DNA from: Candidatus Bathyarchaeota archaeon
GTDB taxonomy: Archaea > Thermoproteota > Bathyarchaeia > Bathyarchaeales > Bathycorpusculaceae
Direction of reading: 5' to 3'
NCBI GenBank assembly: GCA_030672475.1
Contig: DAOVGI010000013.1
Span: forward strand, 1,709 to 65,708
Length of the DNA: 64,000 nt
Part shown: positions 19,257 through 29,626 of the stretch, piece after piece
How the letters are laid out: each line of letters starts with the position of its first letter
How positions within the stretch are numbered: the first letter of the stretch is position 1
Program-made: the position numbers and the translations under genes
Notes under the pieces: model-generated
Told to the model about the DNA's origin: nothing
The model's input: only the letters and a program-made list of their open reading frames with translations
The model's database searches: none

Positions 19257-20219
19257 TTGAAGGAAGGATGTAGGTTGAAGGAAATTGTTGAGTGCGTCCC
19301 CAACTTCAGCACTTCAGACCAAAAAATGGTGGAGACAGTTCTTAATGAAATTCAGAAAACTGAAAATGCCTTCATCTTAGACTACACTTACGACGATTAT
19401 TACAACAGGCTTGTTGTTTCCTTTGTCGGCAGCAAACAATCAGTGTTTAAAGCGATGTTGAACGCTGCGTCCAAAGCTGTTGAACTGATCGATATGCGAA
19501 AACACAAGGGGCAGCATCCACGTATCGGGGCTGTCGATGTTGTTCCTTTCATACCTGTAAAAAACGTTAAGATGGAGGAATGCGTCGAACTTGCGAGGGA
19601 ATTCGGAAAAACCTTAGCTGAGAAGTACGGTATTCCAGTATATCTTTATGGCGAGGCAGCAACAAAACCTCAGCGTAAAGATTTGGATTGGATACGTAAA
19701 GGTGACTATGAGCAACTGGCTGAGATGATTAGCAAACCTGAACGCAAACCGGATTTTGGTCCGTCTAAGGCTCATCCTAAGGCTGGTGCAACGATAACTG
19801 GTGCTCGTAAGATTATGGCTGGCTTCAATGTGAATTTGGGTACTGCCAATTTGAAGGTGGCCAAGAAGATTGCCAAGGCTTTGCACGCAAAGAAAGGGGG
19901 TTTCTCAAATGTTAAGGCAATGGCTGTTTTTATCCCTGAGAAGAACATTACACAGATTGGTATGAGCATAAGTGATTTTGAGAAGACGCCGCTCTACCGT
20001 GTTTTCGAACTGCTTAAGGTGGAAGCTGCCCGTTATAACGTGCCAATAACTGGTTCAGAATTCTGCGGTATGGCTCCATTAAAGGCCTTGATTGACATCG
20101 CAGCATACTATCTGAAAATTGATAACCTACCTGAAAACCGCGTGTTGGAAATGGCTGTGCATGACGTGGTGGAAAAAGCAGATTTAAGACCAACAGCTGG
20201 ACGTCAACAGGTTATTTGA
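19257..20219 (+). CDS. Glutamate formimidoyltransferase (FtcD N-terminal-domain type)
   Basis: 320-aa ORF with the family N-terminus IVECVPNFS and the segment HPRIGAVDVVPF. The likely true start is the second TTG at 19275. Confidence 0.8.
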   Translation: MKEGCRLKEIVECVPNFSTSDQKMVETVLNEIQKTENAFILDYTYDDYYNRLVVSFVGSKQSVFKAMLNAASKAVELIDMRKHKGQHPRIGAVDVVPFIPVKNVKMEECVELAREFGKTLAEKYGIPVYLYGEAATKPQRKDLDWIRKGDYEQLAEMISKPERKPDFGPSKAHPKAGATITGARKIMAGFNVNLGTANLKVAKKIAKALHAKKGGFSNVKAMAVFIPEKNITQIGMSISDFEKTPLYRVFELLKVEAARYNVPITGSEFCGMAPLKALIDIAAYYLKIDNLPENRVLEMAVHDVVEKADLRPTAGRQQVI

Positions 20220-20769
20220 GTCTCAATCCGAATTCCAGCCTAACTTTTTTTGTTTTTATGTCTTCATTAGAGTAAGAAGCGATGTCATAACCAATTAGTT
20301 CGAATCCATTTTTAAGATAGAATTTTATCGCTGGAACGTTACAACTCTGAGTTTCCACAATTAACATTCTTGCACCCCTCTCTCTTGACAGCTCTATAGC
20401 GTGATCCACTAGAATCCTACCTATTCCTTTGCGACGAAATCCTTCCTTCACCAAAAGCTCATAGATACGCATTCTGTTGTTCCACTTATGAAAACCCAGT
20501 TCTATCCATCCTATTTGTTCGCCTTCAAATTCAGCAGCAAAAACACGTGGTTCATCAACAAATTCTTGGAAAAGTCCACCTTCGAACCGCTTCTCGATCA
20601 GGTTTGGCAAAACTTCCAGAACCAGCTTGATTTCCCATCCGTCTTCTTTGCGAAGGATCGTCACTGCGTAGTGCTCTTCAGTAGAGTACCTGAACTTCAG
20701 TTTCGAAAACGCCAGTCCCTCTTTGAAGAGTTCAACAAGTTTAACATTTTTTGTGATATTACGGTCCAA
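20212..20769 (-). CDS. GNAT N-acetyltransferase, streptothricin-acetyltransferase-like by eye
   Basis: 185-aa ORF reading RMRIYELLVKEGFRRKGIGRILV...LIVETQSCNVPAIKFYLKNGFELIGYD. It converges on the formimidoyltransferase gene with an 8-nt overlap. Confidence 0.7.
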   Translation of the reverse strand: MDRNITKNVKLVELFKEGLAFSKLKFRYSTEEHYAVTILRKEDGWEIKLVLEVLPNLIEKRFEGGLFQEFVDEPRVFAAEFEGEQIGWIELGFHKWNNRMRIYELLVKEGFRRKGIGRILVDHAIELSRERGARMLIVETQSCNVPAIKFYLKNGFELIGYDIASYSNEDIKTKKVRLEFGLRLK

Positions 20770-20879
20770 TCAAAATCCCAGAGTAGAATTGTGAGTTCGG
20801 TATTAATCTTTTAGCTTCGGAATACGGTTAAGCTTGATCGTTCAAGATAAATACATCAACATAACATAGACAGAGAAGG

Positions 20880-21533
20880 ATGTTTGAAATGACTCTTACG
20901 ATTAAATGGCTTGGACACTCAAGTTTTCAAATAAAAACTGAAAGAAAAACAGTTTATGTGGATCCTTATGAGGGTGACTATTCTGAAAAAGCAGACTTAG
21001 TTCTTGTGTCGCACTCCCATTTTGATCACTGTGACACATCTAAAATCGAAGAAGTTCGCAAGGCAGATACAGTGATAATTGCTCCTGATGATTGTGTTTC
21101 AAAGATTGAGGGAAGTGTCAAGACACTGAAACCCGGAGAAGAGATAATGGTTGATAGCATAAGGGTCAAAGCAGTTGATGCTTACAACTATAAACGTTTT
21201 AGGTCACCTGGAAATCCCTTTCACCCTAAAGGGTCAGGAGTTGGCTACTTAATAACTGCTGAAGGTAAAACAGTCTACCACGCTGGAGACACAGACTTCA
21301 TTCCTGAAATGCGACAGCTTGAACATGTAGATTTAGCTTTGCTCCCCAGTGGCGGCACCTACACTATGGATAACTCTGAGGCGGCTGAGGCGGCATTGGC
21401 GATCAAACCCAGAGCTGCCATACCCATGCACCGCTGGGACACAGATCCAGAAGAATTCAAAAAGAAGGTGGAGGCTAAATCAAACATTAAGGTTGTGTTG
21501 CTGCATAAGAGCGAAGAATACCAAGTGGCTTAA
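20880..21533 (+). CDS. MBL-fold metal-dependent hydrolase (UPF0173-like)
   Basis: 217-aa ORF with the segments IKWLGHSSFQI and VLVSHSHFDHCD. Confidence 0.75.
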   Translation: MFEMTLTIKWLGHSSFQIKTERKTVYVDPYEGDYSEKADLVLVSHSHFDHCDTSKIEEVRKADTVIIAPDDCVSKIEGSVKTLKPGEEIMVDSIRVKAVDAYNYKRFRSPGNPFHPKGSGVGYLITAEGKTVYHAGDTDFIPEMRQLEHVDLALLPSGGTYTMDNSEAAEAALAIKPRAAIPMHRWDTDPEEFKKKVEAKSNIKVVLLHKSEEYQVA

Positions 21534-21535
21534 AT

Positions 21536-22858
21536 ATGGTTCTCACTAAGAAAAGGAGGAAAAAAGCAAAAAAAGAAAGGGTAGACCTGCTTGTAGTTAA
21601 TGCTAACGAACTTCTCACGATAGAAGGCAGCAGTGGAAAACCTCGCACTGGCAAGCAAATGCGAAATCTAGGAATAATACGTAAGGGTGGTTTGGCAGTT
21701 ACGGATGGCAAGATAGTTGCTGTCGGGAAAACATCGGAGATCAAGGCAGCTTTTAAGGCTGGAAACGTGATAAATGCCAACGGAAAAATCGTCATGCCTG
21801 GCTTTGTTGACCCGCATACTCATATTGTTTTCGCTGGTTCGCGAGAGGACGAGTTTCAGATGAGGGTTGAAGGGGCTTCTTACATGGAGATTTTAGGTGC
21901 TGGCGGCGGAATTCTGAAGACTGTCAAGGAAACTCGTAGGGCTACTGTTGATCGACTTGTAGAACTTGGATTTAGAACTTTGGACGTTATGTTGGAGCAT
22001 GGCACGACGACCGTTGAAACCAAGAGCGGTTATGGTTTAACTGTGAAAGACGAATTGAAAAGTTTAAGGGTTATGAAACGTTTGAATCAGTTACACGCTG
22101 TTGACGTTATTCCAACTTTCTTGGGCGCTCACGCTGTTCCACGCGAATACATTAATAATCCGCAAGAGTACGTTAACCTAGTTGTAAAAGAGATGATTCC
22201 ACGGGTGGCTGCACAGAAACTTGCAGAATTTTGTGATGTTTTTTGTGAAAGAGGTGTTTTCGGTTTGGAGCAGTCTAGGCAGGTTTTGGTTGCCGGTAAA
22301 AATCACAGCTTGAAACTTAAGGTACACGCTGATGAATTGAGCAGGTTAGGCGGTGCTGAACTGGCCGCTGATGTTGGGGCTATCTCTGCTGAACATCTCC
22401 TTTTCTCTTCTGATGATGGAATTAAGGCTGCAGCTGAAAAAAGAATGATTGCTGTTCTGCTTCCAGCAGCAGCCTTCAGCCTTATGACAGGACGGTATGC
22501 TGATGCCAGAAAAATGATTAGTTTCGGGGTTCCTGTGGCTTTGGGTACTGATTTTAATCCGAGTTGTTGGGTTCAGAGTCAGCAGTTAGTTATTGCCTTT
22601 GCTTGTCATTTCATGAAGTTGACATCTGCGGAAGCCATAACAGCAGCCACGATTAACGCTGCCCACGCTTTAGACAGAGCCACTGAAATTGGTAGTTTAG
22701 AAGCTGGAAAAAAAGCTGACATCATTATTTTGGAGATACCTAATCACAAGTTTCTCGGCTACAGCTTCGGTGTGAATCTAGTAGATAAAGTAATAAAAAA
22801 TGGAAGATTGGTATTTGACAAAGAGGAAAAATCGACATGGACCCCCTTCTTCAAATGA
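21536..22858 (+). CDS. hutI: Imidazolonepropionase
   Basis: 440-aa amidohydrolase with FVDPHTHIVFAGSREDEF and the KVHADEL and GTDFNP motifs. Confidence 0.9.
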   Translation: MVLTKKRRKKAKKERVDLLVVNANELLTIEGSSGKPRTGKQMRNLGIIRKGGLAVTDGKIVAVGKTSEIKAAFKAGNVINANGKIVMPGFVDPHTHIVFAGSREDEFQMRVEGASYMEILGAGGGILKTVKETRRATVDRLVELGFRTLDVMLEHGTTTVETKSGYGLTVKDELKSLRVMKRLNQLHAVDVIPTFLGAHAVPREYINNPQEYVNLVVKEMIPRVAAQKLAEFCDVFCERGVFGLEQSRQVLVAGKNHSLKLKVHADELSRLGGAELAADVGAISAEHLLFSSDDGIKAAAEKRMIAVLLPAAAFSLMTGRYADARKMISFGVPVALGTDFNPSCWVQSQQLVIAFACHFMKLTSAEAITAATINAAHALDRATEIGSLEAGKKADIIILEIPNHKFLGYSFGVNLVDKVIKNGRLVFDKEEKSTWTPFFK

Positions 22859-23202
22859 AGAGAAAACGATTCGTTATTTTCTTGCTTTCTCGCGAATACT
22901 ATAGCCAGTTATGCCATTATGCTGGAGGTTGTTCCGGTGAACATTGCGAGAATTGTTGTTGTCGACATCCGAGCATTGGATAATCAGCTTCCAAAAAACT
23001 CTGGTAGGCCGTACTGGTGTCTTACCTGAGGAGAATGTGGATGTGTTACGTGGCAACTAGAATGTAATAAAAGCCATTAAGACCATTGCTGCTCTCCTCA
23101 TTAGATTGATCTCCGGATGAGCAGTCAATAAGTCTAACGAAATTTCCAAGACGGCAAAAAGTTATAATATGTTACTACTGTTTTGGTTTATCGTGAACCA
23201 GC

Positions 23203-24861
23203 TTGATCAATATTGAGAAACCTGTCAAGTGTCTAACTGGGCCCGAGTTGCATTGTAAGAACTGGCAGATTGAAGGCATTTTGCGTATGCTGTTTAACGT
23301 CGTCGACCCTGAGGTAGCTAAGGATCCAAGCAGACTTATTGTTTACGGCGGGACTGGACGCGCTGCTAGGAGTTGGGAGTGTTTTGAGCGCATTGCTCAG
23401 ACTTTAACGGAGCTTGAGCCTGACGAGACCATGCTTATTCAAAGTGGCAAGCCTGTTGCTGTTTTTAAGACGCATGAATGGGCGCCACGAGCTCTTTTAG
23501 TTAATAGTATGCTTGTGCCCAAGTGGGCTACCTGGGATTATTTTTACGAATTGGAACAGAAAGGTTTGATTATGTTTGGACAGATGACTGCTGGTTCTTG
23601 GGCATATATCGGCACGCAGGGCATATTACAAGGTACTTATGAGACTCTTGTTGCTGTTGCCAAAGAGCATTTTGACGGGAGCCTACGGGGGAAGCTTGTT
23701 TTGACTGCTGGTTTAGGCGAGATGGGCGGTGCTCAACCTTTAGCTGTTACCATGAATGATGGCGTTGCGTTGGTTGTTGAGATTGATAGGCACATGATTG
23801 ACCGCAGGCTTAGGCATGGCTATTTGGAGATGTGGACCGACGATTTAGATGATGCCGTAAAGTTGGCTTTCGAGGCTAGGCGTGATGGCATTCCTAGAAG
23901 CATTGGCTTGTTGGGTAATGCTGCTGAGATCCATCCTCAACTCTTAAAACGAAACATTATTCCAGATGTTTTGACTGATCAGACTGCAGCACACGATCCA
24001 TTGAATGGTTATTATCCTGCTGGCTTGTCTAAGGAAGAAGCGGATGTTCTTAGAAAGAACAATCCGAAAGAGTACATTCGTCGTGCCAATGAGAGTATGT
24101 GTGTCCAAGTTGAAGCCATGGTTGGAATGCTGAAGAAGGGAGCTGTAACCTTTGAGTATGGTAACAACCTGCGGCAGCAAGCTTACAGTGCTGGATTTAA
24201 GGACGCTTTTGTTTATCCAGGGTTCATTCAGCGATATATTAGGCCCATGTTTTATGAAGGACGGGGCCCTTTCCGTTGGACTTCACTTGTTGGCAACCAA
24301 GAAGATATTTACACGCTTGACGATGTTATTCTGAAGAAATTTGCCTATAATAAAGAACTGTGTCGTTGGATACAAAAAGCTAGGAAACAGGTGAAATTTC
24401 AGGGTTTACCAGCTCGCGTTTGTTGGCTTGGTTTTGGTGAAAGGGCACGTTTTGGGAAGTTAATAAATGATATGGTTGCAAGCGGTAAGCTTTCCGGGCC
24501 CATTTGGATCGGACGTGATCATCTAGATGGAGGAAGTGTTGCTTCGCCTAATCGTGAAACTGAGGGCATGAAAGATGGAAGCGATGCGATTGCGGATTGG
24601 CCTATCCTGAATGCTTTGTTAAACGCTGTCGGTGGAGCTACCTGGGTCTCAGTTCATCATGGTGGAGGTGTGGGCATAGGCTACAGTATCCATGCTGGCA
24701 TGTGTTTAGTGGCGGATGGCACAAAAGAAGCAGAAAAACGCTTAACAACGGTACTAACAACTGACCCAGGCACAGCCATAGTGAGACATGCAGATGCAGG
24801 CTATGAAAAAGCACAAAGAATAGCAAAAGAAAATAGAATCAAAATGCCAATGCTGAAATAG
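23203..24861 (+). CDS. hutU: Urocanate hydratase (urocanase)
   Basis: 552-aa ORF with a TTG start. It carries [21 protein letters not shown] and [12 protein letters not shown], and the length is typical of HutU. Confidence 0.95.
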   Translation: MINIEKPVKCLTGPELHCKNWQIEGILRMLFNVVDPEVAKDPSRLIVYGGTGRAARSWECFERIAQTLTELEPDETMLIQSGKPVAVFKTHEWAPRALLVNSMLVPKWATWDYFYELEQKGLIMFGQMTAGSWAYIGTQGILQGTYETLVAVAKEHFDGSLRGKLVLTAGLGEMGGAQPLAVTMNDGVALVVEIDRHMIDRRLRHGYLEMWTDDLDDAVKLAFEARRDGIPRSIGLLGNAAEIHPQLLKRNIIPDVLTDQTAAHDPLNGYYPAGLSKEEADVLRKNNPKEYIRRANESMCVQVEAMVGMLKKGAVTFEYGNNLRQQAYSAGFKDAFVYPGFIQRYIRPMFYEGRGPFRWTSLVGNQEDIYTLDDVILKKFAYNKELCRWIQKARKQVKFQGLPARVCWLGFGERARFGKLINDMVASGKLSGPIWIGRDHLDGGSVASPNRETEGMKDGSDAIADWPILNALLNAVGGATWVSVHHGGGVGIGYSIHAGMCLVADGTKEAEKRLTTVLTTDPGTAIVRHADAGYEKAQRIAKENRIKMPMLK

Positions 24862-24873
24862 TAGAACAAAACA

Positions 24874-24907
24874 TTTTTTCTAGATTTTCTGTTTCACACC
24901 CTTTTTT
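24874..24907 (+). terminator. Two oligo-T tracts after hutU (candidate archaeal terminator)
   Basis: TTTTTT occurs at 24874-24879 and again at 24902-24907, within 50 nt of the hutU stop. Confidence 0.35.
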
Positions 24908-25346
24908 GTGAAGAGCTAAGATGGCAGCATTCTGAAGTGTCATGCGACTGTCCAGACTATCCATAAAACGTACCATAAGACGTACCATAACACTTCGACA
25001 TAAAACACATTATGGAGAAGGAAATCAATATTGGCTGCAACGCCATCAAACACATGTGACAACTCCGACGGACACATGTATGCTTTTTCCACTGGCTCTC
25101 ATGCAGTTTTCGTCTCTCTAAAATGGCACGGGCCATACATCAAGTATAACACTATTCATTTCATTTTGCAACATGAACGCACAAAAAACATCAGGTAAAA
25201 CAATTTTACAAAAAAACGTTACATACCGATAATGTGTAGATTCGGTAACCATCAGAGATTATTATCACCAAACACTCACATTGACAAAACCAGAAAAGCG
25301 GATATCAAATCGTTTTATGCTTGATCGGCCAGAAAATGCTTAATTA

Positions 25347-25751
25347 ATGACTTTAGCGTATTGCTGTGCAGATGGAAGGATGAAAATGAGCGGAGAGATT
25401 TCAAAACTTCCACCTCAAACCCAAGAACGCTTACTAAGACTTCAACAACTACAGCAAACTCTTCAAGCAATCTTGGCCCAAAAACAGCAGGTGGATCTTG
25501 AATTAACAGAAATCGCACAAGCCTTAAGTGAACTACAGAAACTACCAGATAACCCAATAATATACAAGACTATTGGTTCGCTTCTTATAAAGGCTGAAAA
25601 AGAAAAAGTAAACGCTGACCTAGACGAACGAAAAGAACTACTAAACACACGAGCTACAGTTCTTAGAAAACAAGAAGAACGCCTGCGAGGACAACTAAAA
25701 GATTTACAGACAAAACTCCAAAAAGACTTAAGCCCTGTTTCTCTCTCATAG
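25347..25751 (+). CDS. pfdB: Prefoldin beta subunit
   Basis: A coiled-coil / beta-hairpin / coiled-coil layout. It reads LQQLQQTLQAILAQKQQVDLELTEI...IYKTIGSLLIKAEKEKV...LRKQEERLRGQLKDLQ. The true start is probably the ATG at 25380 or 25386. Confidence 0.8.
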   Translation: MTLAYCCADGRMKMSGEISKLPPQTQERLLRLQQLQQTLQAILAQKQQVDLELTEIAQALSELQKLPDNPIIYKTIGSLLIKAEKEKVNADLDERKELLNTRATVLRKQEERLRGQLKDLQTKLQKDLSPVSLS

Positions 25752-25776
25752 CACCAAAACGATTTGGTGAAAAATT

Positions 25777-26076
25777 GTGGAACTTGGCATACCAAAGCTA
25801 AACGGTAAACAAGTTGAAGAGTTCTGCTCAATTGTTGAAAAATCCGCCAGAGAATATGTCCTGTCAAAGATCTCTAAAAGAAGAATAGAAGAACTAAATA
25901 TAAGTGTGGAAAGCGAAGGAACAAAACCTTTGAGGCTCACCGTTGAAGTTGACGTTTTACTATCACCACTAATGAAAAACATTGATGTTCAAAAGCTCGT
26001 CTACGAGGCAGTAAAAGAAGCCTTCACCTCAGCTGAAAATTATTTAAGGAAATTGAAATGTCATTCCATGAAATAA
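25777..26076 (+). CDS. Small conserved-looking archaeal protein (possibly DUF3194-like), unknown function
   Basis: 99-aa ORF between pfdB and the DHH gene, overlapping the latter by 19 nt. The family assignment is from memory only. Confidence 0.35.
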   Translation: MELGIPKLNGKQVEEFCSIVEKSAREYVLSKISKRRIEELNISVESEGTKPLRLTVEVDVLLSPLMKNIDVQKLVYEAVKEAFTSAENYLRKLKCHSMK

Positions 26077-27068
26077 CGGAGATTCTCGACAAGGTAGATG
26101 CCAAACTTGTCGTTTTATTATGTCACCATAATGCTGACCCAGACGCCATTTGTTCAGCTTACGCCTTAAAGAGCCTACTAAAGCACTCCAGACCCAATCT
26201 CGAAGTTGAAGTTGGAGCAGCTCATGGAATAAGCAGGCTTTCAAAACATATCCTTAAACATCTGCCTATAACAGTCGAAACGCAACCTAAAGTGGAAGAT
26301 TCTGACGCAATAATCCTAATAGACACGAACACAATTCAACAATTAAATAACTTGGCTGAAAAAGTGAAAACCTCCAGAGCGCCAATCATAGTCGTTGACC
26401 ACCATGCACCCCACCCAGAAACGCAACAGCTGGTAAAACTGGACATAACTAACGAAGAATCCTCATCAACATGCGAAATCGTCTATGACTTCTTCAAACA
26501 GGCAGGTATTAAACTTGGCGAGAACGAGGCAAAAGCATTATTCTTAGGCATAGCCTTTGACACACGTCACTTCATCATAGCCAACTCGTCCACACTGAAA
26601 ACAGTAGGAGAAATTATTGAAGCTGGTGTGAACGCCCAAGAAGCATTATCTATGCTATCCCTACACATGGAATTATCAGAACGCGTCGCAAGGCTAAAAG
26701 CCTCCAGAAGAATCAAAGTCGTAACAATCAACAAATGGTTAATCGCATTTTCGCATGTCAGCGCCTATCAAGCTTCAGCAGCGAGGGCAATAATTGAGTT
26801 AGGTGCCCACGTCGCAGTTGTGGCTGGACAAAAAAACAAGAATCTGCAAATTAGTTTACGTTCAAACATTGAATTCTATAAGAACACAGGTATCCACCTC
26901 GGTAGAGATGTAGCTAAACCTTTAGGGCGATATATACACGGTATGGGTGGTGGTCACTCTACAGCCGCCGGGGTCAACGGAGCAGGGGACACTGAAACCG
27001 GACTCGAGCTTTGTTTACGATTATTAAAGGAAAAATTAACCAATGATCAAGTAGCTACTCTTAAATGA
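26058..27068 (+). CDS. DHH/DHHA1-family phosphoesterase (NrnA/RecJ-like)
   Basis: 336-aa ORF with the motifs LLCHHNADPDAICSA, ILIDTN, VVDHH and GGGHSTAAG. Confidence 0.8.
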   Translation: MSFHEITEILDKVDAKLVVLLCHHNADPDAICSAYALKSLLKHSRPNLEVEVGAAHGISRLSKHILKHLPITVETQPKVEDSDAIILIDTNTIQQLNNLAEKVKTSRAPIIVVDHHAPHPETQQLVKLDITNEESSSTCEIVYDFFKQAGIKLGENEAKALFLGIAFDTRHFIIANSSTLKTVGEIIEAGVNAQEALSMLSLHMELSERVARLKASRRIKVVTINKWLIAFSHVSAYQASAARAIIELGAHVAVVAGQKNKNLQISLRSNIEFYKNTGIHLGRDVAKPLGRYIHGMGGGHSTAAGVNGAGDTETGLELCLRLLKEKLTNDQVATLK

Positions 27069-27105
27069 GAAAAAACTTGCTTACAAGTATGCAGGCACCA
27101 ACAGT

Positions 27106-27957
27106 ATGTCAATAATAGAAACAAAGAATCTCACGTATACTTATCCTGGCGGAACGAAACCATCAATCGAAGACGTTTCCATAAAAATCAAGAAAGGAGA
27201 ATTCATTCTGATTACGGGTCCAAGTGGATGCGGAAAAACAACCCTTTGTCGATGTTTTAACGGGCTAATCCCACATTTCTATCAAGGCGAACTAAAAGGC
27301 GATGTAACAGTTGTTGGACTTAAAGTTGCTGAACAACCAATATACGAACTGGCAAAACATGTAGGACTCGTTTTCCAGAATCCGGAAAACCAACTTTTCG
27401 CTCTATCTGTAGAAAAAGATGTGGCATTCGGACTTGAAAACCTTGGAGTCCAAAGAGAGGAAATGCTCAAAAGAGTAAATTGGGCGCTTAAGCTTGCAGG
27501 GATATATGACATAAGAGAAAGGACCCCCCATGAACTTTCCGGCGGACAACAACAACGTGTAGCAATAGCATCTGTTCTAGCCATGCAACCAGAAGTGATA
27601 ATCCTAGATGAGCCAACATCCTTCCTAGACCCTCTAGGCGCTAAGAAAATATTTGAAGTAATTTACGATCTGAACAGAAAACTCGGAATTACCGTAATCC
27701 TCGTTGAACATAGACTTGACCTAACTGCAAGATACGCAAATCATATTATCATAATGGATAATGGAAAATCTGTTCTAGACGGAGAGCCACGCAAAATTCT
27801 GAGCTCTGAAGAGGCCCTTCTGATAGGAGTAGGAATCCCAAAGCCAACACGCCTATACCAGATGCTTCAGAAGGACAAAGTAAACCTCGACAACATAATC
27901 CCGTTATCTTCAGACGAAATGGCAACCGTATTGAGGGAGGCACTAAAAAGTCAATGA
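27106..27957 (+). CDS. ecfA: ECF transporter ATPase component (EcfA/CbiO type)
   Basis: 283-aa ORF with Walker A GPSGCGKTT, signature LSGGQQQRV and Walker B IILDEPTS. Confidence 0.85.
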   Translation: MSIIETKNLTYTYPGGTKPSIEDVSIKIKKGEFILITGPSGCGKTTLCRCFNGLIPHFYQGELKGDVTVVGLKVAEQPIYELAKHVGLVFQNPENQLFALSVEKDVAFGLENLGVQREEMLKRVNWALKLAGIYDIRERTPHELSGGQQQRVAIASVLAMQPEVIILDEPTSFLDPLGAKKIFEVIYDLNRKLGITVILVEHRLDLTARYANHIIIMDNGKSVLDGEPRKILSSEEALLIGVGIPKPTRLYQMLQKDKVNLDNIIPLSSDEMATVLREALKSQ

Positions 27958-28778
27958 TTGAAGCACGAGATCTCTATTTCACGTACCCGAACGGCGTAGA
28001 AGCACTAAAAGGTGTATCTCTCAAAATCAAAAATGGCGAGTTTGTAGCTATAATGGGAGAAAACGGAGCTGGAAAAACAACCCTGATTAAACATTTCAAT
28101 GGGCTGCTGAAGCCCACTGGAGGAAGCGTATTCATTGACGAAACGGAGACAACAAAAGTTACTGTCGCAACCCTAGCTAGAAAAGTTGGATTCGTCTTCC
28201 AAAATGCAGACAAACAGCTTTTCAGCGAAACAGTTGAAGAAGAAATAGCCTTCGCATTAAAGAATTTCGGATTCAAAGAAAACATAATAAGAAGGCGAGT
28301 GACATGGGCCCTAAACCTTCTAGACTTGACACAATACAGAAAGACCTCACCATTCATGCTCAGCGGCGGAGAAAGAAAACGCGTAGCCCTAGCTTCAGTT
28401 TTGGCATGGAAACCAAGAGTGCTGATATTGGACGAACCAACAATAGGACAAGACCACCAACAAAAGGAGAAACTTCTCCAGTTCATCCTACAGATGAAAA
28501 CCCAAAGAAAAACCATAATCATCGTTACCCATGACGTGGAATTCGTAGCCGAGTGCCACCCGAGAGTAATATTAATGAGCCAAGGTAGGATAATAGCTGA
28601 TGGTGAAGCCCGAAAAATACTTACAAACCCTGAAATCTTGATACAAGCCTCAATTGTGCCGCCACAAATAACTCAAATCTTCCTACAACTGTCCAATCTT
28701 AAACTCCCCAGAGAAGTCATCGACACATATGAAGCACGGGAAAAATTGCTTAATCTTTTGGAGAAAAAAGCGGAATGA
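27954..28778 (+). CDS. ecfA: ECF transporter ATPase component, second copy
   Basis: 274-aa ORF with GENGAGKTT, LSGGERKRV and LILDEPT. It overlaps the first ATPase gene by 4 nt. Confidence 0.85.
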   Translation: MIEARDLYFTYPNGVEALKGVSLKIKNGEFVAIMGENGAGKTTLIKHFNGLLKPTGGSVFIDETETTKVTVATLARKVGFVFQNADKQLFSETVEEEIAFALKNFGFKENIIRRRVTWALNLLDLTQYRKTSPFMLSGGERKRVALASVLAWKPRVLILDEPTIGQDHQQKEKLLQFILQMKTQRKTIIIVTHDVEFVAECHPRVILMSQGRIIADGEARKILTNPEILIQASIVPPQITQIFLQLSNLKLPREVIDTYEAREKLLNLLEKKAE

Positions 28779-29569
28779 GTGTTTTTGAAGGACTCAAATT
28801 TAGAAGGGTTTACTCACCAATTCATGACTTAGACCCAAGAATAAAGTTCATCTATGTTTGCGCAATTTTCACGGTTGCAATAATCTTTTTAGAATTAATA
28901 CCTCTAATGATACTATTTTTGATCCAAATACCATTCGTAGTTTTAGCTGGGGTCAAACGAGAATGGCTTCGATCCATGCGAGGAGCTGCGTTCTTGGCGA
29001 CAATAATTTTCTTAACAAACTTTATCTTTTCATACATAAGTGCTGGTCCTGAAAATACGGCTGCGACTGTTGAATACGCCTGCGCGTTGACGCTACGCTT
29101 CATAGTTCTCGTTGAATCCTTCTCTGTTTTCTTCCTAACCACATCACCAGACCGCTTGGGTCTAGCCCTGGAACAAACACACATACCTTATGAGTTCTGT
29201 TTTGCCTTCACAACCGCTGTGCGTTTTGTCCCTGTTCTAGCCGAAGAAGCCCAGACAATTATGGATGCTCAGAAAGCAAGGGGTCTAGAGCTTGAACGTG
29301 GAAACTTTTTGAAACGAATTAGAAATTACATTCCAATTCTTATACCCTTGATTGTAAGTGCAATTCGCAGAAGCCTGGAATTGGCTGAAGCCATGGAGTC
29401 CCGTGCATGGGGAGCAACTAAGAACCGCACAAACCTATATGCGCTTAAGATGCATAGAGGAGACTTCTATTTGGTCGGCATAACCGCTGGAATCCTAACT
29501 GTAGCCATTTATGTCCGTCTGTCCTTTGGAATCCCATCTTTAAACGATCTTCTAGGATGGCTGTTCTGA
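28775..29569 (+). CDS. ecfT: ECF transporter transmembrane component (EcfT/CbiQ)
   Basis: 264-aa polytopic membrane ORF with the conserved AQKARG and AMESRAWG coupling-helix motifs. It overlaps the upstream ATPase gene by 4 nt. Confidence 0.85.
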   Translation: MSVFEGLKFRRVYSPIHDLDPRIKFIYVCAIFTVAIIFLELIPLMILFLIQIPFVVLAGVKREWLRSMRGAAFLATIIFLTNFIFSYISAGPENTAATVEYACALTLRFIVLVESFSVFFLTTSPDRLGLALEQTHIPYEFCFAFTTAVRFVPVLAEEAQTIMDAQKARGLELERGNFLKRIRNYIPILIPLIVSAIRRSLELAEAMESRAWGATKNRTNLYALKMHRGDFYLVGITAGILTVAIYVRLSFGIPSLNDLLGWLF

Positions 29570-29626
29570 ACCACAAAATTTTTGATCTGGGCATTTGTGT
29601 TAGGATTTTTCAGGACGTGAAAGAAG

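Noticed and set aside
22874-23056. 60-aa minus-strand ORF between hutI and hutU
   Set aside because: The product is low-complexity (N/R/S-rich) with no start context. It lies in what is more likely the hutU promoter region.
24942-25121. 59-codon basic ORF and the adjacent direct repeat ACGTACCATAA-G-ACGTACCATAA (about 24967-24989) in the hutU-pfdB gap
   Set aside because: There is no ribosome-binding site and no recognisable motif. The two-copy 11-mer is too short to distinguish from chance.
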